A stretch of 64,000 bases of DNA from IMG/VR virus record IMGVR_UViG_3300009597_000014, positions 1 to 64,000 of that record; one strand, given 5' to 3'. The DNA comes from a virus. The notes beneath the pieces are model-generated. The model did not search any database, was not told the DNA's origin, and was given only the letters and a program-made list of their open reading frames with translations. Position numbers and translations under genes: made by a program. Positions 47,844 through 55,940 of the stretch are shown piece by piece (position 1 is the stretch's first letter; every line of letters begins with the position of its first letter).

Positions 47844-48620
47844 CAATATGTTCAACAGAAGTCGTTAATTTCTGCCAGCAGCTTTACCTGCATCTCCATG
47901 TTTCCAAGGAGTTCGGACTATATCATAATCCCGAAGGATCCCGTGCGCTTCGGTCCACTTGGACCTACTCTACTAGGTTCGATTTTCATCGCCGTTCGAT
48001 AGTCTCTGCACCTTCTGATATGCCAAGATATCTTCACACATACTCAGGAAAATTTCAGTTGCCATTTCACCTTTGGCTCTGTTTGCAGCCCATGAGAGCC
48101 ACTGTACATTACCCTCAATATATCCTTTTCCTGGTTCAATTTGATCCAAAGATAAGGAATGCATTGAGTCTTTTTCTAGTGAAAGGCTAACTCCTGTTAG
48201 ATTACATAAACCTTTTTGAGATTTATATACACTATACAGATAGTTATCTGTTAATTCTGGTAAAGGTCGTTTAAGTTTTACACATCTACTTTTCGCATCT
48301 TTTAATTTATGACGAATAGTAGACATTAAAACTCTATCTTCTAGTGGAATTAATTTAATTCTACCAGTACCTTGATAACCAGGATTTCTTTTCCTGAATT
48401 CTTTTGCATAATCATTATTACATGATTTGCAATAAGTGTGGTGGTTTTGCCTTGTAATAGCAAAACATATGAGATCTTTGATTTCACCACAACGTATGCA
48501 TAGCTTGGTTTGCATAGAAAGCTCCTAAGTTGCTTTCTACGTATCAGCTTGGCTCATGATTGTCCACAAGGGATGTTCCATGAGTTCACACGGTTTAAAG
48601 GCGACCATGACTAGTGGTTA
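47844..48620 (-). mobile_element. Group I self-splicing intron (777 nt) in the RNAP II subunit 2 gene
   Basis: IGS GUCAUGGUCGCC pairs with exon GGCGAU (U.G at the 5' site) and the 3' exon UAUGAC. P3 CCGUGUG/CGCACGG; P4 CUCAUG/CAUGAG; P7 GCAGAGACUA (48000-48009) with AUGAUAUAGUCC (47915-47926); terminal G. Splicing restores KQAI-MTAFYGS. Confidence 0.92.
47973..48515 (-). CDS. Intron-encoded homing endonuclease (HNH/beta-beta-alpha-Me type with Zn finger)
   Basis: CxxC...CxxC; QKGLCNLTG; SLDQIEPGKGYIEGNVQW...ANRAK. Confidence 0.85.
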   Translation of the reverse strand: MQTKLCIRCGEIKDLICFAITRQNHHTYCKSCNNDYAKEFRKRNPGYQGTGRIKLIPLEDRVLMSTIRHKLKDAKSRCVKLKRPLPELTDNYLYSVYKSQKGLCNLTGVSLSLEKDSMHSLSLDQIEPGKGYIEGNVQWLSWAANRAKGEMATEIFLSMCEDILAYQKVQRLSNGDENRT

Positions 48621-49027
48621 ATCGCCTGCTTGGTCTTTTTCCGGTCTATTTTCGCATTTGAGCCTAGTTTCTTGGCCATAGTGTTATAGATGGAGATGTA
48701 TGCGTCTTCGCGGTGGCCCGTGTCGATGACATTGCAGAGACTGGCGGCTTGTCTGTCGCAGGATAGAGCCGCCAGGATCTGTATGCCGGAACAGGTGGCA
48801 TCCAAACTGATTGGATACCCACACATCTTTCCTTCCTTGGCTTTTTCCCAAGCGACTATCCCAGCATAAAAAAGCGCTGGCTCTTCAGCCTTTGGAACCA
48901 GAGAATGAAGCTGTCCCTCATTCTCATCGAACCAAGAAAGACGATCATTCCAATTAGCCTTGTCGAGGCCAAAGTTACTAGCAATATCTATTTTGAGATA
49001 TTGCTGACCTGTAAATGTTTGTAGCAT
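48621..49027 (-). CDS. RNA polymerase II subunit 2 (N4 gp16), exon 1
   Basis: YLKIDIASNFGLDK, motif A LDATCSGIQ, R..TKQAI (first half of motif B). Confidence 0.92.
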
Positions 49028-49036
49028 GATAGCTCC

Positions 49037-49243
49037 TTAATAGCCGGGTATTTTCCGGCGGGTTAATTCTTTCTCCTCCTTGTCGAAGAGAATGAACAGT
49101 GTGTAGTCCTCTGGTTCACCAAAGTCTGATGCCCAGATTTCCATCCTTCCAGCCAGAGCCAGGAGATCTGGTTCGAATCCTGGACCCAGAGGCGGTTTAG
49201 CCACCATGGATTCATAGTTTGCACTTTGTTCCATCAGGTACAT
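49037..49243 (-). CDS. Hypothetical protein
   Basis: 68 aa; TAATG-coupled to the DUF4326 gene. Confidence 0.55.
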   Translation of the reverse strand: MYLMEQSANYESMVAKPPLGPGFEPDLLALAGRMEIWASDFGEPEDYTLFILFDKEEKELTRRKIPGY

Positions 49244-49617
49244 TATCCTGCATCTCCATAGGTTTGCGTGCATGCAAGACCTACGTGTTGACCACCGGTC
49301 ATTCCACAGAGGCCGCATTTGTTTTCCAGCTTGGCTGCTGCCTCGAGGAGCAGATCTCCATGGCAGGCCAATGGCTTGCAATAGCAGACCAGATGCTTGC
49401 CTTTGAGAGGCTCGAGATCCAGGTGAGGCAACACATGGACACGGAACATCTCGATGGATCGTTCTCTGCTTTCAGTGAAATACAGTGCCTTGCTGTTGGG
49501 ATTATGTGAGTAGGGATTTCCCCAAGGAGAACCTCTGCCGACATATACGGCATCATTAGGAGCCGTGTTATGTTTCTTATTATGGACTCTTGGTTTAGGA
49601 TTTCTAGGAGTTGTCAT
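49243..49617 (-). CDS. DUF4326 family protein
   Basis: VYVGRGSPWGNPY; LKGKHLVCYCKPLACHGDLL. Confidence 0.85.
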   Translation of the reverse strand: MTTPRNPKPRVHNKKHNTAPNDAVYVGRGSPWGNPYSHNPNSKALYFTESRERSIEMFRVHVLPHLDLEPLKGKHLVCYCKPLACHGDLLLEAAAKLENKCGLCGMTGGQHVGLACTQTYGDAG

Positions 49618-49802
49618 TCATCTTCTCCTAATTCTGTTTCTAGAAACTGGATCAATCCCTTAATAAAATCAGTATGTAATTGTTGATTTCTCCAGACAAT
49701 ATATTGCTCATCTCTGGACATGGCTTTGCCATATAGAAGTCGGAGTTGCTGCAGTTCTTCATTGGTAAGAAGAATTTCATTAGTGGGATGATTCTCATTC
49801 AT
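49614..49802 (-). CDS. Hypothetical protein
   Basis: 62 aa; coupled start/stop. Confidence 0.55.
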   Translation of the reverse strand: MNENHPTNEILLTNEELQQLRLLYGKAMSRDEQYIVWRNQQLHTDFIKGLIQFLETELGEDE

Positions 49803-49987
49803 TTTGTTACCTCTTGAAGTGCTTTTATTATGAAGAGCTCGATTAAACGGGCTGCTTCTTCGAATTTCTCCTCATCACCACGACAGACTCTGTGAAACAA
49901 GGAAGTTAATGCAGGTACAGGCTTTCCATCCACCAAGGTAGTTGGATCCTGGGTATGAAGTAGAATTTGTTGGATTTGCTCATTCAT
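49799..49987 (-). CDS. Hypothetical protein
   Basis: 62 aa; CAGGAG RBS, coupled. Confidence 0.55.
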   Translation of the reverse strand: MNEQIQQILLHTQDPTTLVDGKPVPALTSLFHRVCRGDEEKFEEAARLIELFIIKALQEVTK

Positions 49988-50793
49988 TTTGTTATCTCCT
50001 GATTGGCAAATTCTACCACTGCTTTATTCCAGCATGCTGCCTGATAATTAACATGATATCCTTGGCAATATGTCCTGCCTCGTTTATCATATTTATGGGT
50101 GAGCCAGAATTCACCCTCATTGGATAATCCCAGATGATTAAGAACATCATGGGCTGTCCGGTCATATTTTTCGAAGGCTTTCACCCTCTTCTTGTATTCC
50201 TCGATGTCTTCGTCCTGCTTGGGCTTGTCGAGGTGTCTCCATTTGTTCTTGATGGTGGTAGCTACCTGCTGGTTCAACCTGAATTTGATTCTGTTTAGGC
50301 TATTTAAGTGATCCAGGCAGACATCCTCATCATGGTGATTATGTCTTAGAATCACTGAGTTATGACTCGTGTAATAACCCGTGTCATGATTAGTCCTCAA
50401 TATCCTTGGTTCCACGACCATAGGCAGTGGATATTGATACCGATCGATGTCGTCCTGCACGTCTTGACTGATGTCCCATCTAACGATGAACTGTTTCTGG
50501 ATGGGGCTCCAGTTGGCCAGATCTGCCCGTACAGCAGCATCTAGGGCATTGGCTGTCCGTTGTGGGTCTCCATCAAAATGTCTCATCAGGATGCCTGCCA
50601 TGGTTGGCAGAGTAGCTCTCTTGTGAAGAGCCATCTGAACCAGGAAGTCGAATCCGAACTCCATATCGATCTTGTGCTCGATCATGTGAGCCTTGAAGTC
50701 GAATTCCTTCTCCGATTCGAAGTCGTCTCGTATGCGAGTGAACAGCTGGTTCTTGTGGAACAGCTGCTCGATAGAGATTTGAAACTCAAGCAT
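49984..50793 (-). CDS. RNA polymerase II subunit 1 (N4 gp15)
   Basis: YQYPLPMVV.P, THKYDKRGRTYCQGYHVNYQ (DxRGR motif). Start at MLEFQ (AAGGAG RBS) gives 269 aa; the frame is open from 50952. Confidence 0.93.
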   Translation of the reverse strand: MLEFQISIEQLFHKNQLFTRIRDDFESEKEFDFKAHMIEHKIDMEFGFDFLVQMALHKRATLPTMAGILMRHFDGDPQRTANALDAAVRADLANWSPIQKQFIVRWDISQDVQDDIDRYQYPLPMVVEPRILRTNHDTGYYTSHNSVILRHNHHDEDVCLDHLNSLNRIKFRLNQQVATTIKNKWRHLDKPKQDEDIEEYKKRVKAFEKYDRTAHDVLNHLGLSNEGEFWLTHKYDKRGRTYCQGYHVNYQAACWNKAVVEFANQEITK

Positions 50794-50948
50794 GGATTTC
50801 TCCTTTACTGGTTCGATTGTTTTCATGGGTGGCGGTAGTAATGGGACTATCGGAGGCAATGAAAAAGGCTTCCGAGTTTCCTCTAGAAGCCTTAATTCAT
50901 GAACCAGGATAATGCCGAGTTGGAGTATTTTAATAATAGCTCCTACAT

Positions 50949-51218
50949 TCATGTGATCTCCCGATATTTCTCCAACAGTTTCCTGAGTTTATGTTCATCG
51001 AAACCAGGTGAAAGATAATCAGACCCTTCAGGTCCGAATCTGATACCTGCTGTTATTTCCTTATTACCTGGGAGGATATAGGCGTCGAGTTTGTCTCCAT
51101 ATTGGAACCAGCGAGAAATAGAATCTGGTCCATGTGGGTAACACTCGGCCAGCTCCTCTAGCTGGACATATGTGATTTCATCCTTCCAGGGATTATCTTC
51201 ATGCCAGTGGGTAATCAT
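50949..51218 (-). CDS. Hypothetical protein
   Basis: 89 aa; GIRFGPEGSDYLSP. Confidence 0.6.
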   Translation of the reverse strand: MITHWHEDNPWKDEITYVQLEELAECYPHGPDSISRWFQYGDKLDAYILPGNKEITAGIRFGPEGSDYLSPGFDEHKLRKLLEKYREIT

Positions 51219-51583
51219 CCGAATTCCTCCAGAAAATCATGTGCTTTCTTTTTCCATTCGTCCTCATTGTTGAGGGCAGCTCTTAGCAGCTTACGTAGCT
51301 CACTCTCACGATCCTCTTTCATGAGGTTCTGGATATCCATGACCTGACCGATGAATGAGCTCCCTAGACCCATTCTAATTTCACTCTCTGGAGTGGATTC
51401 GAATTCGGCTAGAGATGTCCTGACTTTTCTGACTGAAATAGCCAGATTAGGCCATTCAATTCTGGCATAATCATTTATATCCTTATTCCAATCACTAAAG
51501 GGTCCGAACCAATCTGGATCTTTATCCTGCATGGCGTGAATGTCTGAGAGTAAGCTCTTTAGATTTTCTAGTAATTCTCTCAT
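51215..51583 (-). CDS. Hypothetical protein
   Basis: 122 aa; ATGA-coupled. Confidence 0.6.
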   Translation of the reverse strand: MRELLENLKSLLSDIHAMQDKDPDWFGPFSDWNKDINDYARIEWPNLAISVRKVRTSLAEFESTPESEIRMGLGSSFIGQVMDIQNLMKEDRESELRKLLRAALNNEDEWKKKAHDFLEEFG

Positions 51584-51891
51584 TGTGAGTTCTGCCTTCT
51601 GGCTTCGAGGTAAACATGACCATGTTCTATGCCTTTGGCATAATAGAATCTAATGGCATCAGTGAAATCCGCAGGTGGATTACATTCTGCAGTTAGAAAT
51701 CCAACAACATAAGTTTGAACCAGGATAAGGAATAATGATTTATCTCTATCTCCTGTTGGTTCACTTGATGTGCCTTTAAGTAATGCATGATCCATATCTT
51801 CATGGATTTTTGCCATTAGCTGAGTGATAAGCCCTCGATTATCATCAATGGCTTGAACCATAGGAGTAATGTCTTCCATTATCTTCGCCAT
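51580..51891 (-). CDS. Hypothetical protein
   Basis: 103 aa; coupled. Confidence 0.55.
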   Translation of the reverse strand: MAKIMEDITPMVQAIDDNRGLITQLMAKIHEDMDHALLKGTSSEPTGDRDKSLFLILVQTYVVGFLTAECNPPADFTDAIRFYYAKGIEHGHVYLEARRQNSQ

Positions 51892-52061
51892 ATCCTGAGA
51901 AAATTAAATCTATTAGAATGAATTTTCCTTTTAGCATTATTCTTGCTGTTCCAGGTACGAGCTATCATACGGTTTTTAAAAACCTTCCCTGGTTGTGGGT
52001 TTCCCCACAGCCAAGGTTGGATAGATCTTAGAAATCGATTGGGATTCCAGAGCGATTTCAT
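51879..52061 (-). CDS. Small basic hypothetical protein
   Basis: 60 aa; ATGA-coupled. Confidence 0.45.
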   Translation of the reverse strand: MKSLWNPNRFLRSIQPWLWGNPQPGKVFKNRMIARTWNSKNNAKRKIHSNRFNFLRIWRR

Positions 52062-52330
52062 ACCCAGATTCCATCATAGACACCTGGATGTTCTTCACCT
52101 CTGGTTCGAGGTTGATCCAGTTTGCCTGAATCCCAGAGTTCCAGGGCTATTTCTACACCCTTCTTGGGATTCTTTTTCCAATAAACAGGAGCATAATTTG
52201 TCTTTATAGCTTCCTCGAATATGTCCCTTTTGGGCATATTGGTTCCAGCGATTATTTTCTCTACATCCTTAAGATCCACTTCTCCATTGAGGATGTCCTT
52301 GACGCAGAAGCTGAGACTCATTCCGATCAT
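52058..52330 (-). CDS. Hypothetical phage protein
   Basis: IGMSLSFCVKDIL.G.V...V.KII.GT...GKLDQPR. Confidence 0.65.
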   Translation of the reverse strand: MIGMSLSFCVKDILNGEVDLKDVEKIIAGTNMPKRDIFEEAIKTNYAPVYWKKNPKKGVEIALELWDSGKLDQPRTRGEEHPGVYDGIWV

Positions 52331-52905
52331 GCTCGTATCCTCCCCTGGATGTTGTCGATCTCAAGAAGCTGTGCCTCGAGCTCTTTGGGACTGGTAGCTG
52401 ACCCAAAGTTAATGATGGGGATCTGATAGTGCTTGGCGATCCTCAATGCCTGGCCTGTCCCACCTGTGACAGCACCCTTGATGGTCCAGCATATGATGAA
52501 CCTGGATGGCTGCACGATCGCTCCATGGATCTGCTCGCAGCCTATGACGATCCTCGTATTACGTTGATGCAGAAGCTTTGCTGAAGGTGAACAGGCACTC
52601 CATCTTGGATGATAGTGTGCAGTGAAATCCTGTTCCTGTTGAGTGAATGGATACTTCTTGGGATTGAGCTCACTTGGATGGTTATTGTATCCGGCCCATG
52701 GAAGATAGATTTCCTTGGCCTCGTCGTGGATCCCCTCCTCGAAGGCCGAGTCAGCTCCTGTGGCAGCACCTGACCGCAGGATCCATCCTTCACTCTCCAG
52801 ATAACGCGCAACCTGGTTCATGATGGTCTGGATGTGCGTCGGTGTCTCCCTGGATCCTATTCCAGCGTAAAAAAGTTGAACTTTAGGTGCCGTTTCGATG
52901 GCCAT
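52327..52905 (-). CDS. SLOG-superfamily (DprA/Smf-like Rossmann) protein
   Basis: YAGIGSRETP, LRSGAATGADSAFE, YLPW, RN, GGTGQALRIA. Confidence 0.8.
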   Translation of the reverse strand: MAIETAPKVQLFYAGIGSRETPTHIQTIMNQVARYLESEGWILRSGAATGADSAFEEGIHDEAKEIYLPWAGYNNHPSELNPKKYPFTQQEQDFTAHYHPRWSACSPSAKLLHQRNTRIVIGCEQIHGAIVQPSRFIICWTIKGAVTGGTGQALRIAKHYQIPIINFGSATSPKELEAQLLEIDNIQGRIRA

Positions 52906-53053
52906 TTTTGCCCTCCTTTTAAAACGGTTTAGTTTTCAGGCATTTACTCGACAAATTCCTCATTTTCGAGATAGTTGGTTACTCGATACCCACAATAAGT
53001 AGAAATTTCGAGTTGAAAAAGTCCAACTTAGTTCGACTTTCGTTCCTATCTAT

Positions 53054-53488
53054 TTAGGTAGTCTTTTGGTCTCTGATAGCCATCAGGATCTTGCCCAGAT
53101 GATTATCTCCCTGGCCTGCACAGACACCCCAGTAGGTGTCTCCCCAATGATTTTCTTCGATGATTTCCCTGGATCCAGTGGCTTTTAATTTAGCCATTAA
53201 TTCTGGATGTTGGTTGAATTTAAGGGTGACAATTTCTGTCATGATCCCTAATTTGATTTCATTCCAATTGGATCTTAATTTCACTTTAGATCCATGTCTT
53301 TTAGCCTGTCCAGGAGTTAATGTAGCTATCCTTATCCAGTCGCTTGCATCTTCACTCTTGGTAGCCTGATAGGCATTCTCGGCAGTCGGAAAGAACCATC
53401 TTTCTGTACCCATGGGTATCTGTACCGTGGCTGGGTAGAAGTTGCTGAGCCAGGCATAATCATCCCTGAAACTACGTATTGCATCCAT
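53054..53488 (-). CDS. NADAR-family (YbiA-like) ADP-ribosyl/N-glycoside hydrolase
   Basis: WLSNFYP, FPTAENAYQA.K, KF.QHPEL, L.ATG, EEN..GD.YWG, G.NHLGKILM.IR. Confidence 0.9.
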   Translation of the reverse strand: MDAIRSFRDDYAWLSNFYPATVQIPMGTERWFFPTAENAYQATKSEDASDWIRIATLTPGQAKRHGSKVKLRSNWNEIKLGIMTEIVTLKFNQHPELMAKLKATGSREIIEENHWGDTYWGVCAGQGDNHLGKILMAIRDQKTT

Positions 53489-53514
53489 GATTACCTCCTG
53501 TTGACTTCTATATT

Positions 53515-53558
53515 AAAAAAGGAGATATGCTATATCGCATGGATAAGCATACCTCCTT
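53515..53558 (-). terminator. Rho-independent terminator
   Basis: Minus strand AAGGAGGTATGCT...AGCATATCTCCTT-TTTT. Confidence 0.65.
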
Positions 53559-53587
53559 GGCTCCAAGGGACGGAACCAGAAAAAGAA

Positions 53588-54058
53588 CTATCGGGTAGTA
53601 AGAGATCCTGAAGCATAGTTTTCAACGACATTCTTGGCCGTTACCAAATCAATCCAAGGAAATAGAGGCTGGTAGAAAGCTCTGAACTCCTTGATTGCAT
53701 TGATCTTTTGATTAGGGGCATACTGCTGCCAGACATGGGGTGAAGGCAAATTGGGTATATGGTAATCATGAGATTCACAATATTCGGTTACTCTTTCTAT
53801 GGCTCTCCAGGCGTCTACGAATAATGTTTCTTTATAAGATTTAACAGCTTCGCTGAAATATCCTTCCTGGGCCAGGTCTCTCCAGGTTGGAGGTGTCTTT
53901 TCCTCTTCCTGGTTCGACTCGTTGAAGAGGTCGTGGAATAGGATGGGATTTTTCAATGCTGCCTTGGCGATATCTTCCTGCATTTCATTCATGGTCGAAT
54001 TTAGGATTCGAATCAGAATGATGGAAGCCTTCTCATGTATTTTATCAATCTCACGCAT
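53588..54058 (-). CDS. Early protein with ribosomal L7/L12 C-terminal-like motif
   Basis: QKINAIKEFRAF....DLVTAKNVVE; AGGAGGT RBS; directly behind a hairpin promoter. Confidence 0.6.
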   Translation of the reverse strand: MREIDKIHEKASIILIRILNSTMNEMQEDIAKAALKNPILFHDLFNESNQEEEKTPPTWRDLAQEGYFSEAVKSYKETLFVDAWRAIERVTEYCESHDYHIPNLPSPHVWQQYAPNQKINAIKEFRAFYQPLFPWIDLVTAKNVVENYASGSLTTR

Positions 54059-54076
54059 TAATACCTCCTAAATGCA

Positions 54077-54095
54077 CCAATCGAAGGCGCAGCCT
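54077..54095 (-). promoter_or_regulatory. vRNAP hairpin promoter (Pe3)
   Basis: Template (+) strand CCAATCGA-AGGC-GCA-GCCT. Confidence 0.7.
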
Positions 54096-54123
54096 CTCTG
54101 TTGTCGATAGGACTATCGGATTC

Positions 54124-54165
54124 AAAGGGGAACACCTGGCTCCATCTCTGGAACCAGGTATCCCC
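54124..54165 (-). terminator. Terminator after gp2
   Basis: Minus strand GGGGATACCTGGTTCCA-gaga-TGGAGCCAGGTGTTCCCC-TTT. Confidence 0.7.
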
Positions 54166-54176
54166 CTCCCCCCGCT

Positions 54177-54692
54177 TTATGCGACGGTCTTAAGCGCCCT
54201 CTGCAACGTCCTGATCTGGGCCTGGATCTCGGCCTTGGTCGGGCCAGACTCAGCCTCAGCCTGCACCTGCGGTGTCACCTGTGCAGCCTTGCCGGTGGTG
54301 AGCATGCCCATCAGATCGCCAACGCTAAACTCGTTGTCGGCACGAACGATGGAGAGCTCCTCGTTGACCCTCCGGAGCCTCACGACGAGGTTGGAGAGCT
54401 CTTTCTCCTCTCCGGGCTGCATCGAGTCGCCGATCACCTGAAGGGCACTCAGCAGCTCGTTCTTGGCCGTGTTACGCTTCACCGCTTCCGGGTTGGTGCC
54501 GGTGACGGAGCTAGGCTCCATCGTGTCGATCGGGGATCCAAGCGGCAACGGTACGAAGTTCCCATTGACCACATAGCCGATATTGGCCCAGACCTTCGCT
54601 CGCGGACGATCGAAGCTCAGACCACCAAAAGGCCTGCGTGCATTGCTCTGTGCCGTCTGGGTAGGGACGGTGACCTGTTCGAGAATAGCCAT
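54177..54692 (-). CDS. N4 gp2-like ssDNA-binding activator of RNAP II
   Basis: RPRAKVWANIGY, FVPLPLG.PIDTMEP, NELL, PGEE, LRRV; AAGGAG RBS. Confidence 0.88.
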   Translation of the reverse strand: MAILEQVTVPTQTAQSNARRPFGGLSFDRPRAKVWANIGYVVNGNFVPLPLGSPIDTMEPSSVTGTNPEAVKRNTAKNELLSALQVIGDSMQPGEEKELSNLVVRLRRVNEELSIVRADNEFSVGDLMGMLTTGKAAQVTPQVQAEAESGPTKAEIQAQIRTLQRALKTVA

Positions 54693-54754
54693 AGCGTGGT
54701 AGCTCCTTTGCTCATGGCGGTTAAGATCGGGTGCCTGCGACCATCGCAAAACAC

Positions 54755-54774
54755 CCATTCGAGGGCGCAGCCCT
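54755..54774 (-). promoter_or_regulatory. vRNAP hairpin promoter (Pe2)
   Basis: Template (+) strand CCATTCG-AGGGC-GCA-GCCCT, upstream of gp2. Confidence 0.75.
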
Positions 54775-54883
54775 TGTGTGCCACGCCTATCAGGAGAGCA
54801 CCGGCCTTGCGGCAGTGCTCTTTGAACCAGAAAAAGGAATGGAGCCCCACCTCTCGGCAGGACTCTTAATGTGTGGGATTAGC

Positions 54884-54976
54884 TCAGCGGTCGTCTCCGC
54901 ACATGACCATCAGGATGGACATTGCGAAGGCCAGAGGCACGCAGATGGCGAGCCAGGCGACGATGAAGCTTAGCAT
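54884..54976 (-). CDS. Small membrane peptide (30 aa)
   Basis: MLSFIVAWLAICVPLAFAMSILMVMCGDDR; TGATG-coupled. Confidence 0.45.
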   Translation of the reverse strand: MLSFIVAWLAICVPLAFAMSILMVMCGDDR

Positions 54977-55164
54977 CACATCACCGCCATAGCGGTGGTG
55001 CAGATGGTGATCACCGAGGTGAATGCCATGATCAGGCTGAGGATCGGTTTACGATCGAACCAGCATGTCAGGGCAGCCACTGCAAGCATGAATGAGAGGA
55101 TGACGAATATGCTGACGGCCCATGTCGGGTCATTGCCGTTGAAGATGTAGGATTCGATGTTCAT
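54976..55164 (-). CDS. Early membrane protein (62 aa)
   Basis: Two TM helices; AAGGAG RBS before MNIESY. Confidence 0.6.
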   Translation of the reverse strand: MNIESYIFNGNDPTWAVSIFVILSFMLAVAALTCWFDRKPILSLIMAFTSVITICTTAMAVM

Positions 55165-55204
55165 GGTGGTAGCTCCTTGAAATCGTAGGGTTTCTAGTTT
55201 TGGA

Positions 55205-55492
55205 TCAGGCCGAGACATTCATCTCGGCGTCGATCATCTCCTTGGTCGGGAACACCAGTCCCTCCCCATATTTCCATTCCATAGCGGTGCAGTCACAGCC
55301 GTCTGTGATCAGCACCTGCTTGATGAATCCCAGCCTCTGGGCTGGGATCGTGGGTGAGGTGTAGTGGCGAAAGGCCTCTACGGCCTCTTCGACACTGACC
55401 CATCCCCTGACGTATTCCTGTTCCTCGCTGACGAAGAACACACAGACGGAGAACTCTCCATCGGTCGAACCAATATGTCTGGGCATTTCCAT
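55205..55492 (-). CDS. Early hypothetical protein
   Basis: EFSV..FF...EYVR.WV..EEAV...ITDG.DC..MEW.YGEG..FP. Confidence 0.65.
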   Translation of the reverse strand: MEMPRHIGSTDGEFSVCVFFVSEEQEYVRGWVSVEEAVEAFRHYTSPTIPAQRLGFIKQVLITDGCDCTAMEWKYGEGLVFPTKEMIDAEMNVSA

Positions 55493-55562
55493 AGCTCCTT
55501 GTTTTTACTATCGGTTGTAGGTTTGGAACCAAGGAGGAATGACATCCTCCCTGGGTCAAAGC

Positions 55563-55790
55563 CTATGAGTTCATAGCGGTATCGTAGGCATCCATAGCAG
55601 CCTCATAGGCAGCGTCAGCCTCGTCCTGGTAGCTCAGGTCATCAAGGCCGTACTTGTGAGCCAACTGGTCCTCAAGCTCGTCCTTGCAGTCCTTGGCGTA
55701 CTGCAGCGAGTCGAACTTGCCCATCACTCTACCGGTTTGCATATCGGTGACTTCGTAGCCGGTGTTGGTGGAGATTATCTGGATACGCAT
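55563..55790 (-). CDS. Early hypothetical acidic protein
   Basis: 75 aa; AAGGAG RBS. Confidence 0.6.
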   Translation of the reverse strand: MRIQIISTNTGYEVTDMQTGRVMGKFDSLQYAKDCKDELEDQLAHKYGLDDLSYQDEADAAYEAAMDAYDTAMNS

Positions 55791-55940
55791 GGCGATTAAC
55801 TCCTTGGATTAGTCGAGACCGATAGTCTCTTTAGTCTCTATAGGGGTTGAAGCGAATGTAAGTTTGATAGTAACGGTACTATCAAGCTACAGAGCACAGT
55901 CCCGCCAGGTTCTTACCTGGCAGGACTTAGCTCCCGGTGG

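Noticed and set aside
47048-49027. RNAP II subunit 2 as a pseudogene, intein-containing gene or naturally three-part enzyme
   Set aside because: There is an in-frame stop right after the breakpoint, so it is not an intein, and complete group I pairings restore the frame exactly.
52940-53045. Cluster of TCGA-containing short repeats between the SLOG and NADAR genes
   Set aside because: Too short and irregular to call an operator, and TCGA is common throughout this genome.
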